Below, one piece after another: positions 41,703 to 51,510 of a DNA stretch of 64,000 nt. Source of the stretch: Vampirovibrionales bacterium. GTDB lineage: Bacteria > Cyanobacteriota > Vampirovibrionia > Vampirovibrionales > Vampirovibrionaceae. The position numbers and the translations under genes are program-made. The stretch spans positions 10,169-74,168 of the forward strand of contig JAYKHP010000027.1 of the NCBI GenBank assembly GCA_035285165.1, written 5' to 3'. Each line of letters opens with the position of its first letter. The stretch's first letter is position 1. The notes beneath the pieces were generated by a model that worked only from the letters and a program-made list of their open reading frames with translations, did no database searches and was not told where the DNA came from.

Positions 41703-41757
41703 CTAAAGTTCCTTTTTTATTTTTTCAGCTTTTATTTTTTATCATTACTTTTTGAAA

Positions 41758-43074
41758 TCAATATGATTTCAAATCCATAAACCATTCCAAACGGCCCAGA
41801 GGGGAGAGCTTTTTGGGATATTTCACCTCTTTTTTCATAAAGGCGTAACTTGCAAGACCAAACCAAAGCCAATTCTGGGAATAGTAATCATCCGTCGTAT
41901 TCCACTGCCCGCCAGGCTCAAGGTTAGGCACCACACGATTCACCAGCACGTCACGCAAAACAGACTGACTTTGCGGGCTTTGCTGGTAAAAGAAAAACGG
42001 CAGACTGGCGCCATAAATCGCCCCAGACTCAATTTTGTCTTTTCTGGGAATCCCATGCCAGCTCACGGTGGCTGGCATGTCGCCACGAATCTCCCAAAAG
42101 CGCGTCAGGTAATCCGACGCGTTTAATAGCGCTTGCGCCGCGGCAAAGTCAGTGGGCTTGGAGCGCTTCTTTCGAGCAGCGGCATCTTTGTCCTCTTCAA
42201 TCAGCAGCGCATCTACGCCCAGACGCCAAAAGACGCGAATCGCCTCGTAACCATAATCGCTTCTGGGATCTTTTGGATCGCTATACAGCGCCACACTGCC
42301 ATCAACCGAGGAAAACGACACCCAATCGGGCGGTAAATGCGTCTGGGTCAATTGGCAGGATTTTTCCAGAATGTCGTAACTGCTTTGCACCAGTTCATCC
42401 CAACGATGATCACGATCAAAATCGGCAAAAACCCGATACGCATAGGGCGCAAAATAAGAGGGGTTCAGTTGCACCTGTTTGGGATCGATTTTCCAATCCC
42501 CGGGCAGCACCACACGACCCAGCGGGCTGTCGATGGTTTCCTTTTCCCAGATATCATTGAGAATCTCGAGGGCGTCATTTTTATAACGGGCGTCTCCCCA
42601 TAGCTTATGCGCCAGAATCAACGCAAGGGCGATATCCTGATCGGCGTCAGTGGCTGCTGTGGCATCCAAAAGACCCCATTGCGGCGAATTTTTCGGCACA
42701 TCAACAGAGGTGGCCGTCTGCAATTGCCCCCATTTCCAGCCAAAGAGATGATCGCCCGCAGGCCGTTTCTGAAGATTCCTCAACGCCCAGTCGTAAGTTT
42801 TGTCGAAGGTGGATTTATCCCGTAACCAGAGCGCGCGAAGCATCGCATAGGATTGCCCTTCCGAGGTGCTGATGCCGATACGGTGATCAATCACGCGGCC
42901 ATCGGCCTGGATAAAACGATCGCGATACGCGTTCCAGTTATCATTCAGCAACTTTGCCAGATTAATCTCCTGCAAGCTTCTTGCAGAAGCAGCAATGTTG
43001 GCCAGGGGAATAAACGCCAATAGGAAAAGACAGAAAAAAACGACAAGTTTTTTCGGATGCCAACCGTCACGCAT
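41758..43074 (-). CDS. Secreted glycoside hydrolase family 8
   Basis: Signal peptide; TSEGQSY, ATDADQDIA, NPSYF and YEAIR motifs. Confidence 0.92.
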   Translation of the reverse strand: MRDGWHPKKLVVFFCLFLLAFIPLANIAASARSLQEINLAKLLNDNWNAYRDRFIQADGRVIDHRIGISTSEGQSYAMLRALWLRDKSTFDKTYDWALRNLQKRPAGDHLFGWKWGQLQTATSVDVPKNSPQWGLLDATAATDADQDIALALILAHKLWGDARYKNDALEILNDIWEKETIDSPLGRVVLPGDWKIDPKQVQLNPSYFAPYAYRVFADFDRDHRWDELVQSSYDILEKSCQLTQTHLPPDWVSFSSVDGSVALYSDPKDPRSDYGYEAIRVFWRLGVDALLIEEDKDAAARKKRSKPTDFAAAQALLNASDYLTRFWEIRGDMPATVSWHGIPRKDKIESGAIYGASLPFFFYQQSPQSQSVLRDVLVNRVVPNLEPGGQWNTTDDYYSQNWLWFGLASYAFMKKEVKYPKKLSPLGRLEWFMDLKSY

Positions 43075-43113
43075 GCGGGTTCCTCTCGCCTCAATTTTCT
43101 TGTTTCTAAAGAC

Positions 43114-45096
43114 TTAGCTTACGGCTACGGGAGGTAAAGTCACTTCCTGCGTTCCGTGGGATTTGATTTCAAGCAAAAGTTGTTCGCTAAAGGCTGAAAA
43201 TGACTCGGCGCCCAAGTCACCACGGCTTCTGGATCGCACGGCAACTTGTCCCGCCTCCATTTCCTTATCGCCAATCACCAGCATATAGGGGATTTTGGCC
43301 AACTGCGCGTCGCGGATTTTCTTACCGATACCCTCATTGCTGCTATCCACTTTCACGCGCACCAGTTGCTCGCGAAGTTGCTTTTCAAGCTGCTGGCAAT
43401 AGTCGATGTGGCGATCGGCAATCGGCAAAATGATGACTTGCGTTGGCGCAAGCCAGGTGGGAAACGCACCCGCATAATGCTCGATGAGGGTTCCCGCAAA
43501 GCGCTCCAGGCTGCCAAAAATCGCCCGGTGGATCATAATCGGCTGCTTCGCCTGGCCATCGCTGTCGGTATATTTCAGCTCAAAACGCTCGGGTAAATTG
43601 AAATCGAGCTGTACGGTAGAGCATTGCCAGGTACGGCCAATAGCGTCTTTTAGTTTGAAGTCGATTTTAGGCCCGTAGAATGCGCCATCGCCTTCGTTGA
43701 CTTCATACGCAAGACCGTATTGTTCAAGCGCAATTTTTAAGGCTTCCTCCGCTTTATCCCAAACCGCCTTATCGCCGATAAATTTCTCGGGGCGAGTGGA
43801 AAGCTCCACCTCAAATTCCATGTTGAAAAGTTTCAGCGTGTCATCGACAAACTTGATAACCCCCAGCACTTCATCCGTGATCTGATCGATTCTACAAAAC
43901 AGGTGCGCATCGTCCTGGGTAAAGCCGCGCACGCGGCTTAAACCATGCATCGTGCCGGATTTTTCATAACGATAAACAGTGCCCAATTCCGAGAGCCGAA
44001 CCGGCAGTTCACGATAGCTTCTGATTCTGGATTTGAATATCAGCACGTGAAACGGGCAATTCATCGGCTTGACGATGTATTCCTGCTCGTCGATTTCCAT
44101 CGTATACATGTTTTCCATGTAGAAATTCGTGTGGCCGGAGCAATCCCATAGATCCCGCTTGGCGATATGCGGCGTGTAAACAATGTCATAACCGCGCTTT
44201 CGATGCTCTGTTCGCCAGTAATTTTCAAGTTCTTCGCGCAAGCAGGCAAGGGAAGGATGCCAAAGAATCAGGCCAGAGCCCACTTCTTCCTCAATGCTAA
44301 ATAAATGCTGCTCTTTGCCGATTTTCCGGTGATCCCGACGTTCGGCTTCTTCCAGTTGCCTGATGTAAGCATCGACGTCTTTTTGATCCCAGAACGAGGT
44401 TGCGTAGACCCGCTGAAGCATCGGGTTCTTGTCATCACCCCGCCAATAGGCGCCTGAAACGCTCATCAGCTTGATGGCTTTAATCCAGCTTGTATCAGGC
44501 AAATGCGGCCCTTCGCACAAATCATACCAAATCGTCTCCCCGGATTTTGCATCTTTGCAGACATAAATCGTCGGATTATCGTTCTTGTACTTATCAAGAA
44601 TTTCAGCCTTGTAGCGTTCGCCTTTTTCGTTAAATTCCTTCAGGCGGGCTTCCACACCATCCAATTGCTCGATGTACTGGCGCTCGAACACCTGGCTTTG
44701 CGCACAAATGCGCTTGATTTCCGCTTCGATTTTTTCAAAATCTTCAGGCGAAAGCTTGTGGTTGGGAATATCGAAATCATAATAAAACCCGTTCTCGATA
44801 TTGGGGCCGGTGGCAACCTTGGTGCCAGGAAACAGATTCTGAACCGCCTGGGCCAGAATATGCGCCGAAGAGTGCCTTAAGACATCCAGCGATTCCTTGT
44901 CCTTCTTGGTTAACAGGCGAACCGTATCGCCATCCTGAAGGGGGAAAAGAAGATCCCGTGTCTGGCCGTTCACAACGCTTGCCAGGGCCGACTTGGCAAG
45001 GCCGGGGCCAATTGCTGCGGCTAAGTCATAGGCGGTGGCGCCTGCCGGAAGTTCACGAACACTGCCGTCGGGAAGATTTACCTGAATGGATGTCAT
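43114..45096 (-). CDS. thrS: Threonine--tRNA ligase
   Basis: TGS domain, RHSSAH, DHRKIG, KPMNCP, GAFYGPKID and HRAIFGSLERF motifs. Confidence 0.98.
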   Translation of the reverse strand: MTSIQVNLPDGSVRELPAGATAYDLAAAIGPGLAKSALASVVNGQTRDLLFPLQDGDTVRLLTKKDKESLDVLRHSSAHILAQAVQNLFPGTKVATGPNIENGFYYDFDIPNHKLSPEDFEKIEAEIKRICAQSQVFERQYIEQLDGVEARLKEFNEKGERYKAEILDKYKNDNPTIYVCKDAKSGETIWYDLCEGPHLPDTSWIKAIKLMSVSGAYWRGDDKNPMLQRVYATSFWDQKDVDAYIRQLEEAERRDHRKIGKEQHLFSIEEEVGSGLILWHPSLACLREELENYWRTEHRKRGYDIVYTPHIAKRDLWDCSGHTNFYMENMYTMEIDEQEYIVKPMNCPFHVLIFKSRIRSYRELPVRLSELGTVYRYEKSGTMHGLSRVRGFTQDDAHLFCRIDQITDEVLGVIKFVDDTLKLFNMEFEVELSTRPEKFIGDKAVWDKAEEALKIALEQYGLAYEVNEGDGAFYGPKIDFKLKDAIGRTWQCSTVQLDFNLPERFELKYTDSDGQAKQPIMIHRAIFGSLERFAGTLIEHYAGAFPTWLAPTQVIILPIADRHIDYCQQLEKQLREQLVRVKVDSSNEGIGKKIRDAQLAKIPYMLVIGDKEMEAGQVAVRSRSRGDLGAESFSAFSEQLLLEIKSHGTQEVTLPPVAVS

Positions 45097-45184
45097 TGGA
45101 TAAGGGTTTCTTTAATTGAACAGGACAACATAAGCAGAACCCATTATAAAACAAAGGCAACCGTACGCCTTACTGTTGCCAGAT

Positions 45185-45319
45185 GTCCGGTTTGGGAGGA
45201 AAGACCTGGGGAAAATTGTTGTGACTGTTCAGGGGCAAGATGCTACCCACTTGCCAGAAGCCGAGTACCTGATTTTCAGGCACGTCAATTTTCCCCAGGT
45301 CTTTCCTCCCAAACCGGAC
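45185..45319. mobile_element. 135-bp element with perfect 34-bp terminal inverted repeats (MITE-like or structured RNA)
   Basis: GTCCGGTTTGGGAGGAAAGACCTGGGGAAAATTG at 45185-45218 and its exact reverse complement at 45286-45319. The repeat is certain; its function is not. Confidence 0.55.
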
Positions 45320-45331
45320 TTAACATCATCA

Positions 45332-46582
45332 TTAGGAAGCATCGGCTTTCTTGTTCTGAGGCGCTATACTGCGGCGCTCGATGTAGAGAAAGAACTCCGT
45401 CAACTCGCGTAGTACCCGGCCCAATTGGGGATTTGGGGAAAGAATCTCATGACCAACGCCGGGATAAGATCGAAGCAGAGCCGGAACCCTGGCGGCTTCC
45501 AACATTTCAAGCATCTGGCGCGATTGGGAAAGCGGGACGATTTTATCATTATCCCCGTGAATCAAGAGAATAGGCGGCGCTTTGGCCTTTACCTGATACA
45601 GCGGCGACGCCTTGCGCGCATCATCCTCCCCCAGGTAACGCCGGATATCCTGTTTAAGCCGCGCCAGCCTGGAATGGGTCAAAAAGGCGTTAAAGTCACT
45701 AATGCCAGCCACGCTCACGACGCCCGCAACAGAAGGCTGGCTGGAAGGTATTTTACCGGCTGTCTCCTTGCCTTGTGAAGCATGAGCCGCATTTTGGGCC
45801 TGTGGATGAGGCTGAGCGGATGAAGGCGGTAATAAGTCTTCCAGCGGTAAAAGATCCATTTCTCTTTCAGAAAGCGGCGCTTTACTGGCCACTGGATTAT
45901 CCGGATTCACGCTTGCCTTATCCAGGCCGCTTAAAAGGGCCAGGGTTCCCCCGGCGGAATATCCCACCAGCACGATGCGACTAGGGTCAAAGCCATATTT
46001 ACCGGCGTTGGCCTGAAGCCAGGAAACGGCTGCTCGAACGTCATTAAAAGCGGCAGGAGAGGGGTTTTCAGGGGAAAGGCTATAGTTCATCGTGGCCGAT
46101 ACAAACCCCGCCTTGGCAAACAGGTTACAATAGGCCGAAAACTGCTCCTTACTGCCTGACGTAAAGTTCCCTCCGTGGATAAACAGCAATGCCGTTCGTT
46201 TCAAGGGGGCAATAGGGCGGGTACTGAGCCTGGAAGGCTTTTGGGCAGGACTTGGCTTAATCGTCGCTGCCGTGTTGGTCGCCGCAGGCAGGTAAAGATC
46301 GAGTAACTGCCTTGAATTGCCAGCGCTTTGGCTTGATTGGCCCATCGTTTTATAGGAGATATTGACAATTAAGCGCGGCTTGTTAAGATGCTCGATTCGA
46401 AGCGTTTCAGTGGTTTTAGGGGGTGACGAAGAGACGTTTCGCTCCGAAGGGCCTGTGGCAGCCTGGGCTATGACATTAAGCCCCGGCAAGAAACCTACCA
46501 GCAGCAAAATCACGCCCCGCTGTAGAGCCGGACACCGCTCTTTTAAAAGCACCTTTGAAAAAGCATGGAAATCGTTCATCAC
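45332..46582 (-). CDS. Exported alpha/beta hydrolase (HSL/BD-FAE-like esterase)
   Basis: LDLYLP, IHGG, GYSAGG, HGDND and GH motifs; hydrophobic N-terminus. Confidence 0.88.
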   Translation of the reverse strand: MMNDFHAFSKVLLKERCPALQRGVILLLVGFLPGLNVIAQAATGPSERNVSSSPPKTTETLRIEHLNKPRLIVNISYKTMGQSSQSAGNSRQLLDLYLPAATNTAATIKPSPAQKPSRLSTRPIAPLKRTALLFIHGGNFTSGSKEQFSAYCNLFAKAGFVSATMNYSLSPENPSPAAFNDVRAAVSWLQANAGKYGFDPSRIVLVGYSAGGTLALLSGLDKASVNPDNPVASKAPLSEREMDLLPLEDLLPPSSAQPHPQAQNAAHASQGKETAGKIPSSQPSVAGVVSVAGISDFNAFLTHSRLARLKQDIRRYLGEDDARKASPLYQVKAKAPPILLIHGDNDKIVPLSQSRQMLEMLEAARVPALLRSYPGVGHEILSPNPQLGRVLRELTEFFLYIERRSIAPQNKKADAS

Positions 46583-46715
46583 CGTCAGAAACGCTCTAAT
46601 TTGGTTCTCGAATTCGATTATAGTTACTGAAAATCAAAACCAAATACGATAGAATCTTGTTCTGGTTTTTACAGGTTCAGGCTTTAGGCAGTTGATTGTA
46701 GGAGTGGGCTTTTTT

Positions 46716-47678
46716 ATGAGCATCAGCGTTTCCCCGAATAACCTCATCGTTTCTCTCAAAGATCGCGATTTTCTGGCGCTTTCAGACTATACGCCCGAGG
46801 AAATCAAGGAGCTTCTGGCTTTTGCGGGCGAACTGAAGCTGAAAAAGAAAAACCGTGAGACACACAGCCTGTTGGCGGGAAAAAGTGTGGCGATGTACTT
46901 TGAAAAACCTTCCAACCGAACCCGCGTTAGCTTTGAAGTGGGCATTTTCGACCTTGGCGCCCACCCGATTATGCTGAAAAAAGAGGAAATCAACCTGGGG
47001 GTGAGGGAAACCATTGCCGATACAGCAAGAACGCTCTCACGCTACGTGGACGGGATTATGATCCGCACCTTTCGCCAGGGGGATGTCGAGGAACTGGCCC
47101 AATACGCCAGTGTTCCCGTGATTAACGGCCTGACCGACGATCATCACCCCTGCCAGGTGATGGCTGATTTACTGACCATTCAGGAACATCTGGGCAACTT
47201 TAAGGGCCGAAAGCTGACCTACGTTGGCGATGGCAACAATATGGCCCATAGCTTGATGGAAGGCTGCGCGCTGGTGGGAATGGACGTGACCATTGCCTGC
47301 CCGTCAGGCTTTACGCCCAAAGTGGACATTACCGAAAAAGCCAAGCAAATCGCCGCTAAAACCGGGGCTAAAATCGACATTACGGATGACATTGCGCTTG
47401 CGGCAAAAGACGCTTCTGTTCTGTATACCGATGTTTGGGCCAGCATGGGGCAGGAGGCTGAGGCAGAGGACAGGAAAGAGAAGTTCAAGGATTTTCAGAT
47501 CAATGCCAAGCTCCTGGAGGCCGCAACCTCAGATGCCATTGTCCTGCATTGCCTGCCCGCTCACAGGGGCGAGGAAATTACAAATGATGTGCTGGAGCAG
47601 CATGCGCAGGTAATCTTCGATCAGGCCGAAAACCGCCTGCACGCCCAAAAGGCAGTCCTGGCAGCGTTGATTGGCTAG
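46716..47678 (+). CDS. argF: Ornithine carbamoyltransferase
   Basis: SNRTRVSF, HPCQ, DVWASMG, HCLP and QAENRLH motifs. Confidence 0.97.
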   Translation: MSISVSPNNLIVSLKDRDFLALSDYTPEEIKELLAFAGELKLKKKNRETHSLLAGKSVAMYFEKPSNRTRVSFEVGIFDLGAHPIMLKKEEINLGVRETIADTARTLSRYVDGIMIRTFRQGDVEELAQYASVPVINGLTDDHHPCQVMADLLTIQEHLGNFKGRKLTYVGDGNNMAHSLMEGCALVGMDVTIACPSGFTPKVDITEKAKQIAAKTGAKIDITDDIALAAKDASVLYTDVWASMGQEAEAEDRKEKFKDFQINAKLLEAATSDAIVLHCLPAHRGEEITNDVLEQHAQVIFDQAENRLHAQKAVLAALIG

Positions 47679-47803
47679 AAGCTTCAAGACTGTTGGCTCC
47701 TTCGACTGCTCGATTCCCATCAAAGCCACTCGGATAATCACACCTGCTTCCGGTAGAATGGAGGTAAGTATTGATTGACTTATTTAATAGAGAGAGTGGT
47801 TTG

Positions 47804-48601
47804 ATGCGGATTCTGGTGGCCAATGACGACGGTATTCACGCACGCGGGATTTTAACGCTGGCAGAGACACTGAGCGAGGAACACGACGTATTTGTCGTTG
47901 CCCCTGATGTTGAGCAGAGTGCTATGGCCCATGCGCTTACCCTTCATCGCCCTCTGCGCGTCAAGGAAGTGGATCTGGATTTTCCGGTTCAACAGGCTTT
48001 TTCCGTCTCAGGCACACCCAGCGACTGCGTCAAGATTGCCCTAAGTGTCCTTTTAAAAGGTGAAAATATCGACCTGGTGGTTTCTGGTATTAACCACGGC
48101 CCTAATCTTGGCTGTGACGTCCTTTACTCGGGCACCGTCAGCGCCGCATTGGAAGGCGCCATCAACGGGCTGCCCAGTATTGCCGTTTCCCTGGTCAATG
48201 GCGGGGAAAAAATGGCGGAGTTTTCCCACGGGGCGACCTTTATCCGGGATTTTCTCCCGATGGCCGTTGCAATGGGTTTTCCTCAAAAAAGCGTCCTCAA
48301 CGTCAATATTCCGGCGATTTCCCGTAGCGAATTTGCGGGGGTTAAAATCGCGGAACTTGGCATGCGGATGTATACGGATACCTACGAGAAGAGGATTGAC
48401 CCCAGGGGGCAAACCTATTACTGGCTGGCTGGCGAGATTGTGGATGACAGCGAGGAGCCGGAATCCGATGTAGAGGCAATTCGCAACAACATGGTGGCCA
48501 TTACGCCCATCCACTTCAACCTGACGCATCATAAAGAGCTGGATCAGCTCCGCAAGAATATGGATAACATCCTCGATAGTCTCCTGAGTCCGGCACCCTA
48601 G
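47804..48601 (+). CDS. surE: 5'/3'-nucleotidase SurE
   Basis: ILVANDDG, GTPSDCV, SGINHGPN and YSGTV motifs. Confidence 0.97.
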   Translation: MRILVANDDGIHARGILTLAETLSEEHDVFVVAPDVEQSAMAHALTLHRPLRVKEVDLDFPVQQAFSVSGTPSDCVKIALSVLLKGENIDLVVSGINHGPNLGCDVLYSGTVSAALEGAINGLPSIAVSLVNGGEKMAEFSHGATFIRDFLPMAVAMGFPQKSVLNVNIPAISRSEFAGVKIAELGMRMYTDTYEKRIDPRGQTYYWLAGEIVDDSEEPESDVEAIRNNMVAITPIHFNLTHHKELDQLRKNMDNILDSLLSPAP

Positions 48602-48649
48602 TCCTTTTGCACTAGTATTCACAATGCTTCACAATCCAGGAAAAGGCAC

Positions 48650-48676
48650 TTGAGTTTATCGCAAGGTCGCCGATAT
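48650..48676 (+). promoter_or_regulatory. Sigma-28 (FliA/SigD)-type promoter
   Basis: TTGAGTTT-N11-GCCGATAT versus the consensus TAAAGTTT-N11-GCCGATAA/T. Confidence 0.6.
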
Positions 48677-48856
48677 CGTAGTCATATACATTTCCGGATA
48701 CAAGCTTTGTGCCAAGCGCTGCCTTGAATGGCCTGCGGGGTTTTGGTGGGAACCGGTTCCTTTACAGGGTTTCCTTTGGCATTGCCTTATTCGGCACCTC
48801 ATTATTTTTATGATTGCCTTCGGGCATTTTCAATAACCTTCGGGGGTAAACGCCTG

Positions 48857-49285
48857 ATGCATCGCCGCTGGTATGATCACGATCCAACTTTATCCATGGC
48901 CCTGAGCCTTTTACAAAACGCCTCCAAGCAGCACCAGTCCCTGACGGTAAGGGTTATGATGCGCTACATGGAGCAAATGGGCCTTCTGGAAGAGTACGGC
49001 CTATCGCCTGAAAAAATCTCCTTTCTTTTCCCCTTAATGCGCCGGGCGAACCTCAACCCCTCTGCCCGAGAGCTGATCGAAGTCATTAAGCGCCTGCCTC
49101 ACAACAAGCAGTTGGAAGTGGCGCTGATGATGATTGACTATATTTATATGCTGGAAACCGGCAGCGCCCAGGGACTGGATGAAGATGAACCGACGGCAGG
49201 CTCGCTTGAGTCGTTTATCGAGGCGGAAATTTCCCAAGCATCCTTAAGAAGCGGCAAAACGAGCGGTAAAGAACGTCTCGGTTAG
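48857..49285 (+). CDS. Hypothetical helical protein (RRWYD N-terminus)
   Basis: ATG preceded by GGGGGT; MHRRWYDHDPTLSMALSLL; downstream hairpins. Confidence 0.7.
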   Translation: MHRRWYDHDPTLSMALSLLQNASKQHQSLTVRVMMRYMEQMGLLEEYGLSPEKISFLFPLMRRANLNPSARELIEVIKRLPHNKQLEVALMMIDYIYMLETGSAQGLDEDEPTAGSLESFIEAEISQASLRSGKTSGKERLG

Positions 49286-49329
49286 GGGCTTTTAGCCCCG
49301 TTAAAAAGAATCAGAAGAAAGAGAGCGCA

Positions 49330-49361
49330 AAGCCCCTTTACGTTTTTTACGTCAGGGGCTT
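49330..49361 (+). terminator. Putative terminator hairpin
   Basis: AAGCCCC...GGGGCTT stem followed by AT-rich sequence. Confidence 0.5.
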
Positions 49362-49674
49362 ATTAATTTTGGCAGATGGCAAACCCTTTGGTACAATAAG
49401 GCGTTCAAATCATTTGCAATAACATCCGCAAGCGTTTTTCCATCGCTTGCCCCTTGTTAACATGACTCAAAGGTCGACATGGCTCAAAGCGGGATTCCCC
49501 TAAATTTAATTCCCTTAAATTTATTCAACGAGACTTATCTAAAGCTCAACTTTTGAACGACTCCCGTTTTAATTCCTCCAGTTTTAAGTCCTTCAGGCGT
49601 CTTATATAGGCTCTGCCCTTTTAACGCTGTGATTAGGCTTATTTTCGGTTTTTAACCCCCCATTGGAATTGGAT

Positions 49675-51510
49675 ATGTTACCCCCTCTGTTTTCACAGCC
49701 TCGGACTTTTAACAGCACCTATCCAGTGCAATCCGCCAGTAGGGCAAGGAGAAAAGCCCCTGCGGCAGTTCTTTTTGGTAAAGAAAGCCGAGTCGCACGC
49801 GATGCGCTATCGCTTTCCCCTCCAGAAAACTTGATGCTGAATTATTTTATCGAGCTGGCGAAAATCGCAAGCCCTTCGGGACAAGAAGACAATATCAGGA
49901 ATCACCTGATTAGCCGTTTCAGGCAAATGGGGCTTGAGTATAAACCAAACCTGACGCCCGAAGAGGCTAGGCGACTGCCCCCTGACAATGGCTATATCAT
50001 CGACGATATGAAGGGCAATTTGGTGATTTCATTTCCCGGGATATTACCCCCGGATTGTGACCCAACCCTGACCCCGGAAGTGGTCATCAACGCTGGCCAT
50101 ATGGATACGGTATCCCCCTGCAAAGACGACATCACGCCTATTTTAACGCATGATGATGCAAGCGGGGAAATTAAGGTGATTGCCCCTGCTGGCTATGTGC
50201 TTGGGGCCGATGATAAAGCGGCGCTTGCCCCGATGATGCTCGATATTTTGAACACCCAGCGTCATATCCACGAGCCTCGTCCCACCAAACGCTATATCAT
50301 TACGGTTGGAGAAGAGGCCGGATTAAAAGGGGCCAGGGAATTGGATCCGGCTTGGGTGGAAGACGCCAGCAGTCTTATTGTCTGGGATCACGCCGATGAC
50401 AACATTACCCAGTACCTATACAACGAGGCGTTTGGCGTTAAGCAGAAAAGAATCCTGATTTACCCAACCGGGGAAACCGCCGCAAAACCCTCCCCCGTCT
50501 CAAAAAGGCCAGATAAGTCGGAAAGCCTGCATATTGAAACACAAGGGCAGTATCAGCACGTGAGCGAAATGACGCGCGGGGGCAACGCCGTCAAGTCCCT
50601 CCTTGAATCTCTGGGCGGCTTGTTAGCGGCCAACGAGAAAAAAGACCCCAAACAGCGTGTCGATATTCGCATACAGCATATTGCAGGCGGAACACCGGAT
50701 TTCCTCAATACGGTTGCCGGAAACGCGGATGCTATGGTGCAAATTTCAGGCAGAAGCAAAGACGTTGAAGAGGCCCGCAAGCTGCTTGCAGAAATGCTGG
50801 CTCAGGCGAATGCGCATCAGAAAACAACGTCAACAATTGAAGTGGCACCGACGCAATGGGTAGCGCCTCAGCAAGCGCAGGTAAACGCCTTTACCGTCAA
50901 AACCTTTATGAACACTTATCAGGGCCGAAAGCCAGATGGCTCAGCCATTAACATGGGGGCTATCTCTCCATTCACAGACGAGGACATCGGATTATTGAAA
51001 GCAGACGGCATTCAGCCAAAAAGCCCTCAGGGTGTCGTTGTGGGCTTTGACATCCGGGGAGATGAAGAAGCTCTCAAAGCAAACATCAGGGAGGTGTTAG
51101 CGCCTTTAAAGAGGCTAGCTCCCTCAGGCATTGAGTGGGTGGTCAAACCCGGAGCCGAAGCCGAGGCCTATTACACAAGGCCTGACGCGCGGCCTGTTTC
51201 AATCACTCAGAACGCCTTTCGGCAAGCTGCACTTGAAACCGGCCATGCGGAGAGAAGCCTTGACGATCTCCCTGAAGTCGTGGCAGCTCAGGGGCAAAGC
51301 GATCTGGGCATATTCAACCAGGTGAACTCCACACGCTATTCAGGTCAAAAGGTTCCCGGTCTTGAAGCCTCCTGCTATCATAACCACCAACAGCCAGGAG
51401 ACGGCAAGGGCAATGGAGAATACGTCGTCCTATCCGAATTGATGCTGATCCAGCGCATTATGGCGATAATGGCCCAGGCATTTGAGTATCCGAGCGCGAT
51501 CCAAACATAG
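49675..51510 (+). CDS. Divergent M20/M28 metallopeptidase (peptidase T-like) with N-terminal extension
   Basis: SPSGQE, HMDTV, GADDKA and GEEAG motifs plus a late His; no signal peptide. Confidence 0.8.
   Translation: MLPPLFSQPRTFNSTYPVQSASRARRKAPAAVLFGKESRVARDALSLSPPENLMLNYFIELAKIASPSGQEDNIRNHLISRFRQMGLEYKPNLTPEEARRLPPDNGYIIDDMKGNLVISFPGILPPDCDPTLTPEVVINAGHMDTVSPCKDDITPILTHDDASGEIKVIAPAGYVLGADDKAALAPMMLDILNTQRHIHEPRPTKRYIITVGEEAGLKGARELDPAWVEDASSLIVWDHADDNITQYLYNEAFGVKQKRILIYPTGETAAKPSPVSKRPDKSESLHIETQGQYQHVSEMTRGGNAVKSLLESLGGLLAANEKKDPKQRVDIRIQHIAGGTPDFLNTVAGNADAMVQISGRSKDVEEARKLLAEMLAQANAHQKTTSTIEVAPTQWVAPQQAQVNAFTVKTFMNTYQGRKPDGSAINMGAISPFTDEDIGLLKADGIQPKSPQGVVVGFDIRGDEEALKANIREVLAPLKRLAPSGIEWVVKPGAEAEAYYTRPDARPVSITQNAFRQAALETGHAERSLDDLPEVVAAQGQSDLGIFNQVNSTRYSGQKVPGLEASCYHNHQQPGDGKGNGEYVVLSELMLIQRIMAIMAQAFEYPSAIQT

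Noticed and set aside
45097-45331. T-box leader for thrS, or a retron msr-msd
   Set aside because: No TGGNACC T-box found, a TATAAT lies between the element and thrS, and there is no reverse transcriptase in the window.
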